Positions 51,902-63,100 of a stretch of DNA of 64,000 nt are shown one piece after another. The translations under genes and the position numbers were made by a program. The notes under the pieces are model-generated. The model was given only the letters and a program-made list of their open reading frames with translations. It did not search any database and was not told the DNA's origin. This DNA is from Balanoglossus misakiensis (Eukaryota > Animalia > Hemichordata): positions 1-64,000 of the forward strand of contig JBECUI020000026.1 of NCBI GenBank assembly GCA_040954595.2. Direction: 5' to 3'. Positions within the stretch are counted from its first letter, which is position 1; every line of letters begins with the position of its first letter.

Positions 51902-52201
51902 AGCCTCTAGAGCTGCCAAATTTCACAATTTTTTTCTTTTCCACAGTAAAACCTTTCAAATCTATGGTGATGCATACCACGATAGCTAGCTGCATACTGT
52001 TTGTATGGAGGCTGATTTTAATAAAATGGGTACGGCACCTGTTTAATACATTGCACGTTTAAATTGCAACATACAGCCACAATCAGGCATTGATGACATG
52101 TTCTTGTATCCCTATCAGTAAGCTTAATTATTTCAATGTACCAATCTACGTCGGAAAATAAAATCTGAAAATAAATGCAAAAAGTGGCAGCTCTAGTGGC
52201 T
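51902..52201. mobile_element. TTAA-flanked MITE (Kolobok-like)
   Basis: TTAA|AGCCTCTAGAGCTGCCA...TGGCAGCTCTAGTGGCT|TTAA. Confidence 0.8.
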
Positions 52202-52304
52202 TTAAAGCACTGAAAGGTTCAGAGGACTAACATTTTTCTGAAAATCCGTCTCCTAAGTGTGCACTACAATGGCAGTTTAATTGTTTTCAAAAATATCAAC
52301 TTAC

Positions 52305-52484
52305 GCTCGCATTGGGGCACAAGTGGACCCCAGACACCATCTGCTTGGCATTCCAATGAAGACACATTATTTATAAACTGATAGCCCTCAATGCATTGAT
52401 AATAAGCAATGCCACCATACACTGTACTGGTAACATTGGTAAGAATTCCATTGCTGCACTCAGGGGGTCCACCACATGTTATTC
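52305..52484 (-). CDS. Exon: Sushi/CCP domain
   Basis: ag|ITCGGPPECSNGILTNVTSTVYGGIAYYQCIEGYQFINNVSSLECQADGVWGPLVPQCE|gtaagt. 180 nt, phase 1-1. Not in the supplied ORF track. Confidence 0.92.
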
Positions 52485-52730
52485 CTAAAAAATAAACAAC
52501 AAATTAGTGTCATTCAAGTTGTTGCTAACAATAGATTCAAGAGACAAATTAAGTCTCTCTCATCACTGCACTTTTTTCATTAATTATCTTGGATACAAGA
52601 CACCAGGCTAGGCATATTTGCATAGCTGGTACGACTTATACACGGCGAAAATGTTTTTTTTTTTCCTGAAAGAGTGACCTCAAAGCTACAAAATTATGTA
52701 GATATCAGCTAGACCGGACATCCCCTTTAA

Positions 52731-52831
52731 CTACTGGATAACCGTCCGAGCATTGGAATGAGACAGAGACATCATACCTTCTATCTCTGTACTGGTCACC
52801 ACGCCCTCACTAATCACAATTTCGGGACAGT
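52731..52831 (-). pseudogene. Broken Sushi/CCP exon
   Basis: ag|DCPEIVISEGVVTSTE, then in a shifted frame RRYDVSVSFQCSDGYPVV. It ends at the TTAA of a MITE end (52727-52730). Confidence 0.75.
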
Positions 52832-52906
52832 CTGTCAGAACAAGGATCACAATGATAAGAATGCATGCAGACAAATACTTAAACTCATAAATGTCAGTTG
52901 TTTTAA

Positions 52907-53130
52907 AGTGAAGGGGTCGTCGCAATGCGTTTGTTTATAAACATTACAATTCATCCACAAATCCCTCAAATAAGATAATTCTTAGAATGAACGAAGCAGC
53001 TGACAGTATCCTAGACTGTCCATGACAGCAACTGAAGATCCTAGTAGGTCGTGGCTGTCTAATTTCAGGGATTTGTGGATGAATTGCAATGTTTATAAAC
53101 AAACAAACGCAGTGCGACGACCCCATCACT
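52907..53130. mobile_element. MITE with ~60-bp TIRs
   Basis: TTAA|AGTGAAGGGGTCGTCGCAATGCGTTTGTTT...AAACGCAGTGCGACGACCCCATCACT|TTAT. Confidence 0.8.
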
Positions 53131-53349
53131 TTATTGAGTGTGATACAAGAGTGTTGCCATTCCTGTCAATGGTCCAAAATTGCATTGCAATTGTAAGAAA
53201 TTACTGTCTCTGTTTTTCCAGCTCTTTGAAGTTTCGTAAAAATTCAAAAACATTTGCACCTTTCAATTAATGACTCTAAATCACAAGGAATAAAGGGAGA
53301 GTGTGTTTCTAAGAATTCTGTAACAACTTTTTCTGAAATGTTAGTAAGT

Positions 53350-53560
53350 TACTGTAAAACACTTTATTTTCGCGAGCAAGAGATTTTCGCGAAATACGCG
53401 AGAGCCAAAATAGCGTGAAAATAAAAAGTTGCGTAATTTTTTTGAAGATAAAGATGCAATGAATGAAATAAGAGAACGCGAAAATTAATACTGGCGAAAC
53501 AGTGGCCTCTCTCGATGTCGCGAAAAATTTCAACTCGTGAAAATTAAGTGTTTTACAGTA
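53350..53560. mobile_element. tcgcga-rich TA MITE
   Basis: TACTGTAAAACACTT...AAGTGTTTTACAGTA. Confidence 0.88.
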
Positions 53561-53567
53561 TGTGTAC

Positions 53568-53751
53568 CTGGTGAAAATGAAGCCCTGAATCCTTTAGCTG
53601 GTCGTGTTCTACTACTCCTGAACACAACCGAAAAGTGTCCAATGTCTGTACGGCAATCGGGTGGTGGCACAGTGCCATCAATGACTCCATCAGAATTGCC
53701 ACTCCATGGACCAATAATGACATCATCATCACTCTCAGTACCATTGTATAC
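53568..53751 (-). CDS. Exon: CUB domain C-terminal half
   Basis: ag|VYNGTESDDDVIIGPWSG...HFSVVFRSSRTRPAKGFRASFSP|gtacac. Phase 0-1, 184 nt. Confidence 0.88.
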
Positions 53752-53788
53752 CTTCAGAAACAAAGACAAATTAAGCATGCATTGTAAA

Positions 53789-53987
53789 TACCGTAAAACG
53801 GGAAATCTTCACAACAGGAAATTTTCGCGATATCAAAGGTGGCTACTGTTACGCGACAATTAATTTTCACATTGGCATATTTTACTGCATTGTTATCTCT
53901 GAAGCATTTTAAGCGACTTTTTATTTTCATATTTTTTGGCTCTCACATAGTTTACGAAAATTTATCGTTCACGAAAATTTTATAGTA
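53789..53987. mobile_element. tcgcga-rich TA MITE, opposite orientation to 53350
   Basis: taccgtaaaacggg...ttttcgcgatatc...tttggctctc...tttatagta. Same orientation as 17500. Confidence 0.75.
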
Positions 53988-54029
53988 TTCAATCCTTGTT
54001 GCATTTCCTGCTGTAACAGCTACTCAACA

Positions 54030-54239
54030 TACTGTAAAATGGGAAATGTTCGCAAACAATAAATTTTCGCGATCTACGTGAGAGCCATCAAAACATGAAA
54101 ATAAAAAGTTGCGTAAAAATGTTTTTCGGGGATAATGATGCAGTGAAATACAAGAACGTGAAAAGTTATTGTTGCATAACACTTGCCTCTTTTGATAACG
54201 CGAAAATTTCATGTTGCAAAAGTATCCCGTTTTACAGTA
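54030..54239. mobile_element. tcgcga-rich TA MITE
   Basis: TACTGTAAAATGGGA...TCCCGTTTTACAGTA. Confidence 0.85.
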
Positions 54240-54404
54240 TATATGTGATTAATTAAATTTCCAAATTGTGTTCCAAAGTTGTATAGTTTGAAGTAATGTC
54301 TGCCAAAATTGTCAAACTAAAATCACTGCAAAATAATATGACAAATTTTTTAATATGACAAATATTTTTAACATGGCTGACTCATGATCATATCTGATAC
54401 TCAC

Positions 54405-54589
54405 AATGATGTAATCAACATCTGTGTTCCTCTCTAATCCAAAGTTCTCATCAAAGATAAGAGTTAATGGTCTTCCAGTTGGTTCCTTGATTAACCAGCT
54501 ACACATAACATCATCAGGGTAAGTGCTAACATCATACCCTGGTGACTGAATCGTGCCAAAACTACGCAGAATTTCAATTCCCTGGCAAC
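54405..54589 (-). CDS. Exon: CUB domain N-terminal half
   Basis: ag|(G)CQGIEILRSFGTIQSPGYDVSTYPDDVMCSWLIKEPTGRPLTLIFDENFGLERNTDVDYII|gtgagt. Phase 1-0, 185 nt. Confidence 0.9.
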
Positions 54590-54809
54590 CTTTAAAGAAA
54601 CAAGTGACCTATCGGTCAAAAGAGCTCTGCTGACTTTAACAGTGAAACCTATAGCTGGGCAATGATATGAATACCCTAGGTTTTAATCATAACAATTGTA
54701 TTCTATTAAACAAAACCAAACATAGACATCACAAGTATTTAATATCCACATTCAGCCTGATTCATTGTGCTAAAGAAAGAAAGAATTTATTCCTAAAGAA
54801 CAACATCAA

Positions 54810-55352
54810 AAGGAAGTACCAAGGTACTAATTTGCATATTCATGACCCGATCAAAATTCCAATAAAACAAAATCAGGTAGGGGCACCATAACACACATTC
54901 TACCAAATTTCAGCTCCATCGTACATGTAGTTAGGGAGAAGAAGATTTTTTACCAAAAATTATATTTTTAGATCTAATTTGCATATTCATGACCCGATCA
55001 TATCCAAATTTATGAAATCAGGTAGGGGCACCATAACACAACACACATTCCTGCCAAATTTCAGCTCCATCGTACATGTAGTTAGGGAGAAGAAAATGTT
55101 TGACCAACATTCTATTTTTAGATCTAATTTGCATATTTATGACCCCATCAAATCCAAATTTACAAAATCAGGTAGGGGCACCATAACACACATTCCTACC
55201 AAATTATAGCTAAATATGCAATGTCGTTTTAACGAAGAAGATTGAAATACCGAAAGTTGACGGACGACGGACAACGGGCGCCGGACGACAGACGGACACT
55301 TATCAACCTACTGCTACAGCTTGGCTGACACAAGTGACAGCCAAGCTAAAAA
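54810..55352 (-). mobile_element. Helentron/DINE-like element with three ~148-bp internal tandem units
   Basis: Terminal hairpin agcttggctg...cagccaagct next to an A-tract, and a (gacg/gaca)n tract. taatttgcatattcatgaccc...aaatcaggtaggggcaccataacaca occurs at ~54828, 54975 and 55125. Confidence 0.7.
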
Positions 55353-55394
55353 TACCAAACAAGGAATAATGAATTCAATTCACAGGTTTGGTGT

Positions 55395-55630
55395 AATCCT
55401 GGCTGCCTTTTATTTTGTGCTAGGGGATCAAATCACATAATAATTGCCTTCTGGATAAAAAGTCGTACGCGACAGAAGAAATGACTGTTAACTGTATATG
55501 ACTTCCTTAGGTCAAACCTTTCTGTCGTTATACATGTAGTTATCAAATTAAACTCATTTAACTTTTTTCACATTTTGTTATTTTTTCTGTTAAAAAGTTC
55601 CATAATGACCCAGTATCAGATTAGCTTATA
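55395..55630 (+). repeat. Dispersed repeat shared with ~6665-6905 and ~13185-13415
   Basis: ctggctgcctt...gctagggg.tcaaatc...agaagaaatga...gacttcctt.ggtcaaac...tttttctgttaaaaagttc...aatgaccca...ttagctta. Confidence 0.7.
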
Positions 55631-56107
55631 TTATAAACTTCCAGAAAGAATGGCAAAAGAAGATAGATCTGTGATCCTTACAATTCTTACTGGGTTGAAA
55701 TTCTTTGGGAATGATTTTAAGTGATTTAAAGGGACAATATAAGGACACCTTTAGCATTGATGAGGTAATATAAGAATACATCTGATAAAGAATATTTTCA
55801 CATCCCAATAAACCAAAATCCAAAACAACTGGAAGAGCCGTTTCTGACATAAGTGGACTTTTGGACCAAAAATGTCTAAAACTACCCACCCCCTTCCTCC
55901 CCAGTATTGATATTTGTCACATGTTTATGTACACCATAATAACAAATATTGTAGGTCCTTGTAAACCAAATTTTAAGAAATCGGAAAAGTGACTACTGAG
56001 AATTGACCAGAAATGACAAAAATAAAATGTATTTTTAAAAATATAATTACTAATTTTTGTCATGCTGTAAAACAACTCACACGATTAATTGCATCTGAAT
56101 CCACTAC

Positions 56108-56443
56108 CTGTAAAGTAACAACAAATTCTGTTGTGAATGATGCCAGCTGTCAGTTACAATCTTCATTGTTGAGATAATTCTTGCCTTCAAAATATTCTGT
56201 ACTGCTGAGATTCTGTTTATATGACTGTGCTATGAAATTCCCACCACACAAAGATGCTTCAAAGCCAGTAGCAGTATGCGAACTATCTGAGAGAAATTTC
56301 ACCAACATTGCATTACCACTGCTAATAACTTCATCAGGCTGGTCCGGTCCACTGTATGTGGCAAGAACTTTGGATGGGTCAAACACAGACACCTCGACAA
56401 TGACAACAGTATCATAATAAAGTTCAGTGTCAAAATGTAGAAA
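56108..56443 (-). pseudogene. Exon: C-terminal half of one CUB plus N-terminal half of the next CUB, with premature stop
   Basis: ag|FLHFDTELYYDTV...SSGNAMLVKFLSDSSHTATGFEASLCGG...YLNNEDCN*QLASFTTEFVVTLQ|gtagtg. 336 nt, TGA at 56150-56152. Confidence 0.8.
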
Positions 56444-56809
56444 CTGAAAAGAATAAAAAAATGTCACAACACACATCATAAATAGTGAGCTGTCTCAAGC
56501 CAATATACATGAAAATAAACACGGTTTCATGACTTAAGCCCCATTAGCTGTAACTTTTTGCATTTTTCAGTATTTCTATTCTGTGTATCAATTATAGTTT
56601 CTTGTTCAGCTACGCAGGGCAGAGTTAAATCCATAGTCTTAACTTCTCAACGAAACCTATGAGGGCACAATCGGCATTGTTGTTGTTTGAAAACATTCGT
56701 AAATAATAACAACAGTCAGTACACATACACATGACTCGTTGACAAGCAGAGAGCTGGGTGTGATGGGTTACTCATGAGGAGAGGAACAAGAAAAAGTGTT
56801 TAATTTAAA

Positions 56810-56993
56810 TAATAACACATGATAGCGAGGGCAATATCACGATTTGAAGCCTGCATGAGGGATGGTGATCTCTGACCATAATATTGATGATGCCCGAGCC
56901 GCAGGCGAGGGTATCATCAATATTTTGGTCAGAGATCACCAGCCCGAGGGCAGGCTTCAAATCGTGATGTTGCCCGAGCATAATGTGTTATTA
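56810..56993. repeat. 184-bp fold-back element with tandem G.A mismatches and GCA triloop
   Basis: The arms pair end to end (taataacacat/atgtgttatta; atcacgatttgaagcctgc/gcaggcttcaaatcgtgat; tggtgatctctgacca/tggtcagagatcacca). The apex is cccgagccgcaggcgaggg. Confidence 0.85.
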
Positions 56994-57139
56994 ATTTTAT
57001 TACGCCGAACATTTGAACGTACATACACTGCAGCATGTAGCATGTAGACTCGCGTCCATATGTCGTACGTTGCTGAGAATGTAAAATGTCTCGATCTCCC
57101 AAGAATTATACGATACCTACTTCGAACTTAGATTATTTT

Positions 57140-60100
57140 AGTCGTAAATTTGTCATTTTTTGATGATTTTCCCCCATGATTTTTTTCAAAAATCAACGAA
57201 ATTTTGAGATTTTGCAAAGTCGAAAATTTGTCATTTTTAGATGATTTTCACCCGTCTTTTTTCAAAAAATCGACGAAATTTTGAGATTTTGCAAAGAGGA
57301 AAATTTGTCATTTTTTGATAATTTTCAACAATGATTTATTTCAAAAATCGACGAAATTTTGAGATTTTGCAGTCGAAAATTTGTCATTTTTTGATGATTT
57401 TCCCCCATGATTTTTTTCTAAAATCGACGAAATTTTGAGATTTTGCAAAGTTGAAAATTTTTCAAAAATCGACGAAATTTATAGATTTTGCAAAGAGGAA
57501 AATTTGTCATTTTTTGATGATTTTCACCCATGATTTTTTTCAAAATTGACGAAATTTTGAGTTTTTGCAGTCGAAAATTTGTCATTTTTTGATGATTTTC
57601 ACCCGTTTTTTTTTTCAAAAATCGACGAAATTTTGAGATTTTGCAGTCGAAAATTTGTCATTTTTTGATGATTTTCACCCATGATTTTTTCAAAATTGAC
57701 GAAATTTTGAAATTTTGCAGTCGAAAATTTGTCATTTTTTGATCATTTTCCCCATTATTTTTTTCAAAAATCGACGAAATTTTGAGATTTTGCAAAGTCG
57801 AAAATTTGTCATTTTTTGATGATTTTCACCCTTGATTTTCTTCAAAAATCGACGAAATTTTGAGATTTTGCAAAGTCGAAAATTTGTCATTTTTTGATGA
57901 TTTTCACCCATGATTTTTTTCAAAAATCGATGAAATTTTGAGATTTTGCAGTAAAAAAATTGTCATTTTTTCATGATTTTCACCCATGATTTTTTTCAAA
58001 ATTGACGAAATTTTGAGATTTTGCAGTCGAAAATTTGTCATTTTTTGATCATTTTCCCCCATGATTTTTTTCAAAAATCGACGAAAATTTGAGATTTTGC
58101 AAAGTCGAAAATTTGTCATTTTTTGTTGATTTTCACCCATGATTTTTCTCAAAAATCGACGAAATTTTCAGATTTTGCAAGAGAGGAAAATTTGTCATTT
58201 TTTGATGATTTTCAACAATTTTTTTAAAAAATCGACGAAAATTTGAGATTTTGCAGTAAAAAATTTGTAATTTTTTGATGATTTTCACCGATGATTTTTT
58301 TCAAAATTGACGAAATTTTGAGATTTTGCAAAGTCGAAAATTTGTAATTTTTTGATGATTTTCACCCATGATTTTCTTCAAAAATCGACGAAATTTTGAG
58401 ATTTTGCAAAGTCGACGAAAATGTGTCATTTTTTGATGATTTTCACCCGTTTTTTTCAAAAATCGACGAAATTTTGAGATTTTGCAAAATCGAAAATTTG
58501 TCATTTTTTGATGATTTTCACCCATGATTTTTTTTCAAAAATCGACGAAATTTTGAGATTTTGCAAAGTCGTAAATGTGTCATTTTTTGATGATTTTCAC
58601 CCGGTTTTTTTTCAAAAATCGACGAAATTTTGAGATTTTGCAAAGTCGAAAATTTGTCATTTTTTGATGATTTTCACCCGTTTTTTTTTCAAAATTTGTC
58701 ATTTTTTGATGATTTTCACCCATGATTTTCTTCAAAAATCGACGAAATTTTGAGATTTTGCAAAGTCGAAAATTTGTCATTTTTTGATGATTTTCACCTA
58801 TGATTTTTTTCAAAAATCAACAAAATTTTGAGATTTTGCAAAGTCGAAAATTTGTCATTTTTTGATGATTTTCACGGATGATTTTTTTCAACAATCGAAA
58901 AAATTTTGAGATTTTGCAAAGTCGAAAATTTGTCATTTTTTGATGATTTTCACCCATGATTTTCTTCAAAAATCGACGAAATTTTGAGATTTTGCAAAGT
59001 CGAAAATTTGTCATTTTTTTGATGATTTTCACCCATGATTTTTTTCAAAAATCGACGAAATTTTGAGATTTTGCAAAGTCGAAAATTTGTCATTTTTTGA
59101 TGATTTTCACCCATGATTTTTTTCAAAATTGACGAAATTTTGAGATTTTGCAAAGCCGAAAATTTCTCATTTTTTGGTGCATTTTCACCCATGATTTTTT
59201 TTCAAAAATCGACGAAATTGTGAGATTTTGCAAAGTCGAAAATTTGTCATTTTTTGATGATTTTCACCCATGATTTTTATTCAAAATTGACGAAATTTTG
59301 AGATTTTGCAAAGTCGAAAATTTGTCATTTTTTCATGATTTTCCCCCATGATTTTTTTCAAAAATCGACGAAATTTTGAGATTTTGCAAAGTCGACGAAA
59401 ATGTGTCATTTTTTGATGATTTTCACACATTTTTTTTCAAAAATCGACGAAATTTTGAGATTTTGCAAAATCGAAAATTTGTCATTTTTTGATGATTTTC
59501 CCCCATGATTGTTTTTTAAAAATGGACGAAAGTTTGAGATTTTGCAAAGACGAAAATTTGTCATTTTTGATGATTTTTACCCATGATTTTTTTTCAAAAA
59601 TGGACGAAATTTTGAGATTTTGCAAAGACGAAAATTTGTCATTTTTTGATGATTTTCACCCATGATTTTTTTTCAAAAATCGACGAAATTTTGAGATTTT
59701 GCAAAGTCGTAAATGTGTCATTTTTTGATGATTTTCACCCGTTTTTTTTTTAAATTTGTCATTTTTTGATGATTTTCACCCATGTTTTTTTTTAAAAAAT
59801 CGACGAACCTATGATTTTTTTCAAAATCGACGAAATTTTGTGATTTTACAAAGTCGAAAATTTTGTCATTTTTTGATGATTTTCAACCATGATTTTTTTT
59901 CAAAAATCGACGAAAATTTGAGATTTTGCAAAGACGAAAATTTGTCATTTTTGATGATTTTTACCCATGATTTTTTTTTCAAAAATGGACGAAATTTTGA
60001 GATTTTGCAAAGACGAAAATTTGTCATTTTTTGATGATTTTCACCCATGATTTTTTTTCAAAAATCGACGAAATTTTGAGATTTTGCAAAGTCGAAAATT

Positions 60101-63100
60101 TGTCATTTTTTCATGATTTTCACCCATGATTTTTTCAAAAATCGACGAAATTTTGAGATTTTGCAAAGTCGAAAATTTGTCATTTTTTGATGATTTTCAC
60201 CCATGTCTTTTTTCAAATATCGACGAAATTTTGAGATTTTGCAAAGAGGAAAATTTGTCATTTTTTGATGATTTTCAACAATGATTTTTTTTCAAAAATC
60301 GACGAAATTTTGAGATTTTGCAGTCAAAAATTTGTCATTTTTTGATGATTTTCAACAATTTTTTTAAAAAATCGACGAAAATTTGAGATTTTGCAGTAAA
60401 AAAATTGTCATTTGTTGATGATTTTCACCCATGATTTTTTCAAAATAGGCAAAATTTTGAGATTTTGCAAAGTCGAAAATTTGTCATTTTTTGATGATTT
60501 TCACCCATGATTTTTTTTCACAAATCGACGAAATTTTGAGATTTTGTAGTCGTAAATTTGTCATTTTTTGATGATTTTCCCCCATGATTTTTTTCAAAAA
60601 TCGACGAAATTTTGAGATTTTGCAAAGAGGAAAATTTGTCATTTTTTGATAATTTTCAACAATGATTTATTTCAAAAATCGACGAAATTTTGTGATTTTG
60701 CAGTCGAAAATTTGACATTTTTTGATGATTTTCCCCCATGATTTTTTTCTAAAATCGACGAAATTTTGAGATTTTGCAAAGTTGAAAATTTTTCAAAAAT
60801 CGACGAAATTTATAGATTTTGCAAAGAGGAAAATTTGTCATTTTTTGATGATTTTCACCCGTTTTTTTTTCAAAAATCGACGAAATTTTGAGATTTTGCA
60901 AAGTCGAAAATTTGTCATTTTTTGATGATTTTCACCCATGATTTTTTTCAAAATTGACGAAATTTTGAGATTTTGCAAAGCCGAAAATTTCTCATTTTTT
61001 GGTGCATTTTCACCCATGATTTTTTTTCAAAAATCGACGAAATTGTGAGATTTTGCAAAGTCGAAAATTTGACATTTTTTGATGATTTTCCCCCATGATT
61101 TTTTTCTAAAATCGACGAAATTTTGAGATTTTGCAAAGTTGAAAATTTTTCAAAAATCGACGAAATTTATAGATTTTGCAAAGAGGAAAATTTGTCATTT
61201 TTTGATGATTTTCACCCGTTTTTTTTTCAAAAATCGACGAAATTTTGAGATTTTGCAAAGTCGAAAATTTGTCATTTTTTGATGATTTTCACCCATGATT
61301 TTTTTCAAAATTGACGAAATTTTGAGATTTTGCAAAGCCGAAAATTTCTCATTTTTTGGTGCATTTTCACCCATGATTTTTTTTCAAAAATCGACGAAAT
61401 TGTGAGATTTTGCAAAGTCGAAAATTTGTCATTTTTTGATGATTTTCACCCATGATTTTTATTCAAAATTGACGAAATTTTGAGATTTTGCAAAGTCGAA
61501 AATTTGTCATTTTTTCATGATTTTCCCCCATGATTTTTTTCAAAAATCGACGAAATTTTGAGATTTTGCAAAGTCGACGAAAATGTGTCATTTTTTGATG
61601 ATTTTCACACATTTTTTTTCAAAAATCGACGAAATTTTGAGATTTTGCAAAATCGAAAATTTGTCATTTTTTGATGATTTTCCCCCATGATTGTTTTTTA
61701 AAAATGGACGAAAGTTTGAGATTTTGCAAAGACGAAAATTTGTCATTTTTGATGATTTTTACCCATGATTTTTTTTCAAAAATGGACGAAATTTTGAGAT
61801 TTTGCAAAGACGAAAATTTGTCATTTTTTGATGATTTTCACCCATGATTTTTTTTCAAAAATCGACGAAATTTTGAGATTTTGCAAAGTCGTAAATGTGT
61901 CATTTTTTGATGATTTTCACCCGTTTTTTTTTTAAATTTGTCATTTTTTGATGATTTTCACCCATGTTTTTTTTTAAAAAATCGACGAACCTATGATTTT
62001 TTTCAAAATCGACGAAATTTTGTGATTTTACAAAGTCGAAAATTTTGTCATTTTTTGATGATTTTCAACCATGATTTTTTTTCAAAAATCGACGAAAATT
62101 TGAGATTTTGCAAAGACGAAAATTTGTCATTTTTGATGATTTTTACCCATGATTTTTTTTTCAAAAATGGACGAAATTTTGAGATTTTGCAAAGACGAAA
62201 ATTTGTCATTTTTTGATGATTTTCACCCATGATTTTTTTTCAAAAATCGACGAAATTTTGAGATTTTGCAAAGTCGAAAATTTGTCATTTTTTCATGATT
62301 TTCACCCATGATTTTTTCAAAAATCGACGAAATTTTGAGATTTTGCAAAGTCGAAAATTTTGTCATTTTTTGATGATTTTCACCCATGTCTTTTTTCAAA
62401 TATCGACGAAATTTTGAGATTTTGCAAAGAGGAAAATTTGTCATTTTTTGATGATTTTCAACAATGATTTTTTTTCAAAAATCGACGAAATTTTGAGATT
62501 TTGCAGTCAAAAATTTGTCATTTTTTGATGATTTTCAACAATTTTTTTAAAAAATCGACGAAAATTTGAGATTTTGCAGTAAAAAATTTGTCATTTGTTG
62601 ATGATTTTCACCCATGATTTTTTCAAAATTGGCAAAATTTTGAGATTTTGCAAAGTCGAAAATTTGTCATTTTTTGATGATTTTCACCCATGATTTTTTT
62701 TCACAAATCGACGAAATTTTGAGATTTTGTAGTCGTAAATTTGTCATTTTTTGATGATTTTCCCCCATGATTTTTTTCAAAAATCGACGAAATTTTGAGA
62801 TTTTGCAAAGAGGAAAATTTGTCATTTTTTGATAATTTTCAACAATGATTTATTTCAAAAATCGACGAAATTTTGTGATTTTGTAGTCGAAAATTTGACA
62901 TTTTTTGATGATTTTCCCCCATGATTTTTTTCTAAAATCGACGAAATTTTGAGATTTTGCAAAGTTGAAAATTTTTCAAAAATCGACGAAATTTATAGAT
63001 TTTGCAAAGAGGAAAATTTGTCATTTTTTGATGATTTTCACCCGTTTTTTTTTCAAAAATCGACGAAATTTTGAGATTTTGCAGTCGAAAATTTGTCATT

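Larger units (their letters stand above)
49614..56443 (-). pseudogene. Spliced CUB-CUB-CUB-Sushi(x4)-cbEGF-cbEGF gene fragment, Uninflatable-like extracellular protein; probably disabled
   Basis: Nine GT-AG exons with recognisable domains. Lesions are an in-frame TGA at the conserved CUB Trp, a phase mismatch between 56108 and 54589, and a frameshifted, truncated Sushi exon. No further exons were recognised below 49614. Confidence 0.75.

Noticed and set aside
56150-56152. Selenocysteine or recoded TGA
   Set aside because: The position is a conserved Trp one transition from TGG, and other disabling lesions are present.
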